DNA of 20,958 nucleotides from a virus (Duplodnaviria; Heunggongvirae; Uroviricota; Caudoviricetes): IMG/VR virus record IMGVR_UViG_2703718839_000004, positions 1 to 20,958 of that record; one strand, 5' to 3'. Shown piece by piece: positions 15,775 to 20,958 of this stretch (position 1 is its first letter; each line of letters starts with the position of its first letter). The notes under the pieces were generated by a model. It saw only the letters and a program-made list of their open reading frames with translations, ran no database searches and was not told where the DNA came from. The position numbers and the translations under genes were made by a program.

Positions 15775-16603
15775 GACGATGCCCTCCGCTGATATTCAGG
15801 AGACGGTGAATATGAAAATTAGCCTTATCCGCCAAACGGATACGTTCAGCCTGCAAGTTAAGAAGGGTTTCTACCAGAACCTGATGCGCCTGCGGATCCG
15901 AAAGAGTTACCTTGCGCAGAGCACGTAGTGCAGTTGTTACATAACTGAGTTTATGTAAGTCTTCATCATTCAGACGAGTGAGGGCTGGGACAGTAGCCAT
16001 GATGGCAGCCTCCGATAACAGTGAATTACCTTCACCACCGGAAACGCCAATTTCGCTGGTGGTGAACTGAACGGGGTTGGCGTAACCGGCGTTATCGGAA
16101 ACCGGCGCACCTTTCGGTGCCCCCGTCCAGCCCACCATAATTTGGGTGTGCGCAGACGCAGACGATAAAAAAGACGCTGGCGCGTCATATATCGCCGATA
16201 ACATTTCCAGGACGCCAATCCCGGCACCCGCTTTATAAGGTGCCTGAACAGTGTAACGTCCCGGAATGGCAGAATCAATGTGCTGGTGCTGTTTCACACT
16301 CAACAAAATCACGCCTGAATTTCCACAAAGGACTAAAGCACTCATGCGGGTAGTCTTTGCGAAGATAGATAACGCGCTGTGTTTCTGGTTCCCAACGAAT
16401 AACATGGACATAAAGCCCTCTTCCGTCACGAAACCAGCGGTCAAGTTCCTGCACAACTCGCCCCCCACAGTCAGGTAAAGTTCTCTGTGGTTATTTACAG
16501 ACAGGTGATTTGGTAATCTGCATTCATGCCGTAACAACAGGTGTTCAGCCACGCTGACCACCAGCTGTTGCGACAAACGGTTATTTACCGTTAAACTGTT
16601 CAT
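15767..16603 (-). CDS. Hypothetical 278-aa protein (occupies the slot where YdaU-like proteins sit in Rac-type prophages; family not verified)
   Basis: Start overlaps the upstream gene stop (ATGA); Gly/Ala-rich middle region; I cannot assign a fold or function from sequence alone. Confidence 0.45.
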   Translation of the reverse strand: MNSLTVNNRLSQQLVVSVAEHLLLRHECRLPNHLSVNNHRELYLTVGGELCRNLTAGFVTEEGFMSMLFVGNQKHSALSIFAKTTRMSALVLCGNSGVILLSVKQHQHIDSAIPGRYTVQAPYKAGAGIGVLEMLSAIYDAPASFLSSASAHTQIMVGWTGAPKGAPVSDNAGYANPVQFTTSEIGVSGGEGNSLLSEAAIMATVPALTRLNDEDLHKLSYVTTALRALRKVTLSDPQAHQVLVETLLNLQAERIRLADKANFHIHRLLNISGGHRHA

Positions 16604-17163
16604 GCGTTAGTTTCTCCACAGTCACGACACGCCACGGCGCCCGGAGCTGCACACTCGCGGGCGTCATTACTTTCTGAAACGCAAAAAATTTTGTAGACCA
16701 GTGCTGCATGCTCCTGCAGCTTCGAAATTGACAGGTACAGCTCGTCGTTAATTGCTGTCTTCTCATGCGGTTCCACCACACCGTCTTCGATTGCCGAACG
16801 AATCTGTTTGGAATAACTGCCAATCTGTTCAATGACTTCCAGCAGGCGCTGGTTAATATCGGCGTTATCCACATCCTCGACATCAGGAAGAGACACAAAG
16901 ACGCCATTTGCAGACTGCGCCACAGCGTCAGCAATGAAGTGAGTGCCACCAGCACGTTGCAAAATCATTGCCCATCCCAGCGGAAAAATCTGATCGCCAT
17001 CGGCACGAAGGCGGTTAAATAATGCGTTCTCTGTTACATCCAGCCAGTCAGCAGCCTCAGCATAACCACCCGGCAACGCCGCGATAGTTTTTCTGACCGC
17101 TTTCACATACCACTCAGGCTGTTTTTTTACTTTCCAGTGATGCTTACCCACGGTTAGCCTCAT
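16600..17163 (-). CDS. CII-like / YdaT-like early regulatory protein (positional assignment)
   Basis: 187-aa ORF immediately downstream of the cro-like gene, the position of ydaT/cII in Rac- and lambda-type early operons; no strong SD. Confidence 0.45.
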   Translation of the reverse strand: MRLTVGKHHWKVKKQPEWYVKAVRKTIAALPGGYAEAADWLDVTENALFNRLRADGDQIFPLGWAMILQRAGGTHFIADAVAQSANGVFVSLPDVEDVDNADINQRLLEVIEQIGSYSKQIRSAIEDGVVEPHEKTAINDELYLSISKLQEHAALVYKIFCVSESNDARECAAPGAVACRDCGETNA

Positions 17164-17194
17164 CGTTCTGTGGTTAAAAATTGAAGGTCTTCTG

Positions 17195-17395
17195 CTAATC
17201 TTTCGGATAGATATCCGGTCTTAAGTCAGATTTCGTAATTGCTCCTGATGTGCATTGCTCAAGTTTTTTAGCCAGTACAAAGCTGGCTTTTTTATAGCCA
17301 TTGAAAACCAGCCGTAAGTAGCCAGGTGTTGAACCAACTTTTCCGGCCAAATCGCCCTGCTGTTCTTTGGTTAAAGAGTTCCAATACGCTTTCAT
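17195..17395 (-). CDS. Cro/YdaS-like HTH regulator
   Basis: 66 aa MKAYWNSLTKEQQGDLAGKVGSTPGYLRLVFNG... with an HTH; GGGGG SD; divergent from the repressor gene. The longer annotated ORF (to 17698) runs through the promoter and the repressor gene and was rejected. Confidence 0.7.
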   Translation of the reverse strand: MKAYWNSLTKEQQGDLAGKVGSTPGYLRLVFNGYKKASFVLAKKLEQCTSGAITKSDLRPDIYPKD

Positions 17396-17485
17396 ACAAT
17401 ATGTACCCCCGGTATACATATTACATGATTGAAATGAACCTTCAAGATACTTGTACCTTAACGGTACAAAGGTTTTAATTTCGTT
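17396..17485. promoter_or_regulatory. Divergent immunity-region promoters and operators (pR-like towards cro, pRM-like towards repressor)
   Basis: - strand TTGAAG -16 nt- TAATAT (plus 17445-17418) faces cro. Perfect inverted repeat TTGTACC-TTAAC-GGTACAA at 17451-17469 and a related ATGTACC-ccc-GGTAtACAT at 17401-17419 are candidate operators. Confidence 0.6.
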
Positions 17486-18160
17486 ATGAAAACAGTCCAT
17501 GACATCCGGCGGTCTAACGCCAGAAAACTGAGAGATGGTGTTGGCGGGAATTCTTCCTTTGCCACCATGATTGATCGCGAGCCAACCCAAACCAGCAGGT
17601 TTATGGGGGATGGCGCCACTAAAAATATCGGTGACAGCATGGCACGGCACATCGAAAAATGCTTCGACCTGCCTGTCGGATGGCTTGATCAAGAACACCA
17701 GACAACAAACATCACAAAAAAACCTGATGTTTCAATCACTAACAAACAAATTACGTTAGTTCCTGTCATATCATGGGTACAGGCCGGAGCATGGAAAGAA
17801 GTTGGTTATTCTGAGGTTGATTTGAGCACAGCGGAAACGTATCCCTGCCCTGTACCCTGTGGCGAAATGACTTATATCTTGCGGGTGATTGGTGATTCAA
17901 TGATTGATGAGTACCGCCCGGGAGACATGATTTTTGTTGATCCTGAAGTGCCTGCTTGCCACGGTGACGACGTTATTGCATTGATGCACGATACAGGTGA
18001 AACCACCTTCAAAAGGTTGATAGAAGACGGAACACAACGTTATCTCAAAGCATTAAACCCAAACTGGCCTGAGCCTTACATTAAGATCAACGGTAATTGC
18101 TCTATAATTGGCACAGTAATTTTCTCAGGAAAACCAAGAAGATACAAAATCAAAGCCTAA
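17486..18160 (+). CDS. Prophage repressor, LexA/CI-type with C-terminal S24 autopeptidase domain (SOS-inducible)
   Basis: 224 aa; candidate Ala-Gly cleavage site (WVQAGAW), catalytic Ser in VIGDSM and Lys in TFKRL; N-terminal DNA-binding region; divergent from cro. Start at 17486 has a weak SD. Confidence 0.85.
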   Translation: MKTVHDIRRSNARKLRDGVGGNSSFATMIDREPTQTSRFMGDGATKNIGDSMARHIEKCFDLPVGWLDQEHQTTNITKKPDVSITNKQITLVPVISWVQAGAWKEVGYSEVDLSTAETYPCPVPCGEMTYILRVIGDSMIDEYRPGDMIFVDPEVPACHGDDVIALMHDTGETTFKRLIEDGTQRYLKALNPNWPEPYIKINGNCSIIGTVIFSGKPRRYKIKA

Positions 18161-18171
18161 TCAATGTTATG

Positions 18172-18194
18172 AACCTGCTTCGGCAGGTTTTTTT
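18172..18194 (+). terminator. Intrinsic terminator after the repressor gene
   Basis: AACCTGC-ttcg-GCAGGTT 7-bp stem followed by a seven-T run, 12 nt after the repressor stop codon. Confidence 0.65.
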
Positions 18195-18198
18195 ATAC

Positions 18199-18231
18199 TT
18201 GACAATGTACCTTTGAGATACATAATGTACC
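18199..18231 (+). promoter_or_regulatory. pL-like promoter with an embedded operator-like site
   Basis: TTGACA (18199-18204) -16/17 nt- CATAAT (18221-18226); the spacer carries TGTACC-tttga-GATACA plus a second TGTACC (18226-18231), the same half-site and spacing as the operators between the repressor and cro genes. Confidence 0.55.
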
Positions 18232-18927
18232 CAAAAGAAACATGAAGCAGGCAAGATTCAAACAAAATTTGGTTGTAACACGGCGTATGGCACATGCGTC
18301 GTTAGCGGTCTGGAGACGTTAAAGGGGACAATCCACTCCTTGCTCGGGCAAACAAACCAGGTAGCCGGAATGTGCAAGTCAATGAGGATGCTGATAAGAC
18401 GCCTAACCAGCGTGGCGATTCGGTTTGACGCCTGGGAAGAGACCAGGGTGCAACGATGAGGGCATTTATGGAACCGCGACAAAGTGTGGTGCCGTAACTG
18501 GCTAAGTGCTCTCTGCGTTGTGGTAATCCGCGAAATGGCGCGGCGGTAAGTATGGCGGGGTTACTCTTTCCCCGTTGAGGACACCGGGTTGTCAGGTTGA
18601 CCATACGCCTGAGTGACAACCCCACCACAACTGCCATTGCTTTGGCGGTACCAGTTTTTTCCTTAGTCCTTTCTGGCACCGCCCTTTTTACAAAACAGAG
18701 AAGAGCATCACCGGACGATGGGCTCATAACCCAATCCATCCGGCAGTGACTACCGCAGGTGTTCTTCTCTGTTTTGTGGAGAAACTAACCGCCCCTGCAG
18801 AGGTGCTCTGGCTGATGCCCGCCCTCAGGCAAAATATGTTTCTGCTATCTGGCAGAGGTTTATTCCGACAAGATGCACTGAAATTTGATATTACTGCCCG
18901 TGTGCAGCGGGCTAAGTGGAGAAACAT

Positions 18928-19134
18928 ATGCTGAACCTCGATTGTGTTCCTATCTCAACTTATTGCAAAGAAACTGGCGAAACTACTGAAGCTATAAACA
19001 AACGTGTACAGCGCGGTGTTTGGCGTGAAGGCGTTCAGGTTTTAAAGGTTGAAGGCGTTAAGGAGAGGTGGATTGATCTTAGTGAGGTTGCAAAATGGGC
19101 CAGACAAAACTGCTCAAACTACCGCGCGGCGTAA
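18928..19134 (+). CDS. xis: Excisionase / AlpA-like small DNA-binding protein
   Basis: 68 aa from the ATG at 18928 (GGAG SD 7 nt upstream); immediately upstream of and overlapping the integrase gene; small basic protein. Confidence 0.55.
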   Translation: MLNLDCVPISTYCKETGETTEAINKRVQRGVWREGVQVLKVEGVKERWIDLSEVAKWARQNCSNYRAA

Positions 19135-20270
19135 CAATCAGGAAACACCGCCAGGACGAAACGATCAATATAACTTTCACCTACAAAGGAGTTAAATGCC
19201 GTGAGCCTCTTTCCAATCTGGAAGTAACACCAAAGAACATTAAATACGCTGAGCGTACACTCGGCGAAATTCATAATAAGATCGAAAGGGGAACATTCAT
19301 TTATGCGGAATATTTTCCCCGTTCTGCTCGTTTGAAAATTTTTGGTAATGCTGCCGCAGGCAAAACGGTAAAAATGTATCTGGACGAATATCTTGAAATC
19401 TGCGAAACGAGAAAACTTTCTCCCTCTACGATTGGTGGTTATAAAAAATGCCGTAGTGCGTTAGCCTCACTTCACATTTGTCCTGCAAGTGAATTAACAC
19501 CAGCAATCCTGAAAGCGTGGATTCAAAATCAGAAAACGACCTTAAAAACAATTCGCAACCAGTTATCTTTCCTGCGGTCAGCACTTGATGAAGCCGTAAC
19601 CGATGGGGTACTTCAAATTAACCCCGTATCGTTAGTAACTGCTTCACGCTACCAAAGTGATAAGTCAGAAGCAGAAAGCAACTACGTGGTTGATCCGCTA
19701 TCACCAGCAGAAGTTGATGCATTACTAGCAGCTGCTGGAAATAAACAATGGGAGAATCTGTTCCGGTTCGCCATACATACAGGCCTGCGTAGTTCTGAAT
19801 TATGTGCCCTTAGATGGCGTGATATCGACTTTGTTGGAAAAACTGCCCATGTCCAGAGCGCAAGTGTTGTCGGTGTTATCAAAGGAACAAAGACAAAAGC
19901 CGGTACTCGTAAAGTTGAACTGACAGAAGAGGCAATGTTGGCGCTGATAAATCAGAAGCCATTTACATTCATGAAGGATGCTACTGTCTTTGAAGATCCA
20001 AAGACAAACAAACCGTGGGCCAGCGCCGATGCGATAAGGAAAAAAGCGTGGATACCAACCTTACGTAAAGCAGGTATCCGGTACCGTAACCCATATCAGA
20101 CCAGGCATACTTTCGCCACCAGCCATATCAGCCGTGGTGCGAACCTGTTCTGGCTTGCAGGCCAGATGGGCCATAAGGGACCAGAAATGCTATTTCGTCA
20201 CTATGGCAGTTACCTTGCTGCATATGACGGACATACCGCTAAAAATACTAATGATACAAAACAGGCATGA
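19095..20270 (+). CDS. int: Tyrosine integrase (lambda-family, with N-terminal arm-binding domain)
   Basis: 391 aa; C-terminal catalytic region with RHTFATSHISRGANLFWLAGQMGH...LFRHYGSY (Arg, His-x-x-Arg and Tyr motifs). Confidence 0.9.
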   Translation: MGQTKLLKLPRGVTIRKHRQDETINITFTYKGVKCREPLSNLEVTPKNIKYAERTLGEIHNKIERGTFIYAEYFPRSARLKIFGNAAAGKTVKMYLDEYLEICETRKLSPSTIGGYKKCRSALASLHICPASELTPAILKAWIQNQKTTLKTIRNQLSFLRSALDEAVTDGVLQINPVSLVTASRYQSDKSEAESNYVVDPLSPAEVDALLAAAGNKQWENLFRFAIHTGLRSSELCALRWRDIDFVGKTAHVQSASVVGVIKGTKTKAGTRKVELTEEAMLALINQKPFTFMKDATVFEDPKTNKPWASADAIRKKAWIPTLRKAGIRYRNPYQTRHTFATSHISRGANLFWLAGQMGHKGPEMLFRHYGSYLAAYDGHTAKNTNDTKQA

Positions 20271-20565
20271 TGCTGCCCGAACAAATAGCCACTGAAACCT
20301 GATAAAAAGTTATTTGTGATGTGGTTATGTTCGTCATATCCACATCATACATACTTAAACATAAGGCACTTTTTACCTTGCAAAAATTCGAACCAAGCAT
20401 ATATGTTATAGGTGAACTTGGTACTCAGGCAGCTGTCCTAGTACTAGGAACACGCGGGAAATCTTGGAGCCAGTACGTAGATTATGGTAGAATCCCGCGC
20501 CCCGTTTTGCGGGGAGCAATAAATGCCTCAAAAGGATACATTGGGGGGACTGAAAGGAGGTCTTT

Positions 20566-20814
20566 ATGTCAGAACTAGTCATGAAGATGTTTGGGCTGAA
20601 TGATTTGGTCAAAGGCGGACAAGCCATGGCCGATCGTTTGAACAAATCTGGTGTTAAAAACATCAAGGTCGTAGGGCGTGGTGCAGTTATTGTAGACCCA
20701 TCTACTGACCCAGAAAAAATCACTCAGCTTAGGAAAGCAGCTAGAAAATTCGTCGAGCAGGATGCAAAAGCTGTTGCAGCCGCTAAAGCTAACTCAATGG
20801 ACAATGACGACTAA
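20566..20814 (+). CDS. Hypothetical 82-aa protein downstream of integrase
   Basis: Strong SD (AAAGGAGG, 7-nt spacing) before the ATG at 20566; Lys/Ala-rich product with no motif I can assign; lies in an AT-rich interval beyond int. Confidence 0.5.
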   Translation: MSELVMKMFGLNDLVKGGQAMADRLNKSGVKNIKVVGRGAVIVDPSTDPEKITQLRKAARKFVEQDAKAVAAAKANSMDNDD

Positions 20815-20958
20815 CAAATGTTTGCATTGCTGATCATTCCACTTTTAGTAAGTGGATCCTTACTGGTTACATCGCCCCATAACATCAAATTATTCTATCG
20901 ACTCCACCGTTACGACGGCCAGCTTCTCTATATGAAGGTTGATCTTACCCACCAATAG

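Noticed and set aside
17395-17698. Long (167-aa) version of the cro-like ORF
   Set aside because: It would run through the promoter/operator region and overlap the divergent repressor gene; the internal ATG at 17395 with a GGGGG SD gives a Cro-sized HTH protein.
18302-18739. 145-aa and 74-aa - strand ORFs in the repressor-to-xis interval
   Set aside because: R/S/P/L-rich low-complexity translations with no SD and no recognisable fold; more likely open frames through non-coding or RNA-encoding DNA.
20360-20390. Possible tRNA 3' end (integration target) next to integrase, suggested by a GGTTCGAAT-like string on the - strand
   Set aside because: No acceptor stem, CCA end or cloverleaf could be assembled around it; the match is limited to a T-arm-like heptamer.
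1-20958. CRISPR arrays, IS elements, rRNA genes
   Set aside because: No regularly spaced short direct repeats with unique spacers, no terminal inverted repeats flanking a transposase-like ORF, and no rRNA-like sequence were seen; the only tandem repeats are the iterons at 15125-15290.

Overview
This window reads as enterobacterial prophage DNA (E. coli/Salmonella-like) built from two back-to-back modules; all calls come from reading the sequence and ORF translations by eye, with no database search run. Module 1 (1 to ~7940, + strand) is the right end of a P2-like late region: a Gin/Pin-family invertase with a gix-type crossover site at the window edge, then FI sheath, FII tube, E and E+E' (programmed -1 frameshift), T tape measure, U, D and ogr. 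Module 2 (~7912 to 20270, mostly - strand) is a compact lambdoid-style control and lysis module: integrase, excisionase, an autocleavable LexA/CI-type repressor, a divergent Cro-like gene, and a translationally coupled early operon running through an iteron-containing replication initiator, a Dam-type methyltransferase, a LexA DNA-binding-domain-only protein, RusA, a KilA-N protein, a Cys/His-motif protein and a Q-like regulator. That operon is followed by a pR'/tR'-like promoter-terminator pair, an AT-rich membrane-protein cargo gene, and a holin / GH19 endolysin / spanin cassette that converges on and overlaps ogr. No head, tail or terminase genes accompany module 2 in the window. The best candidates for something undescribed are the AT-rich cargo ORF in the Q-to-holin slot, the ORF-free ~0.7 kb interval behind a repressor-controlled promoter, the LexA-DBD-only protein, and the module junction itself. 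No rRNA, tRNA, CRISPR array or IS element was seen.
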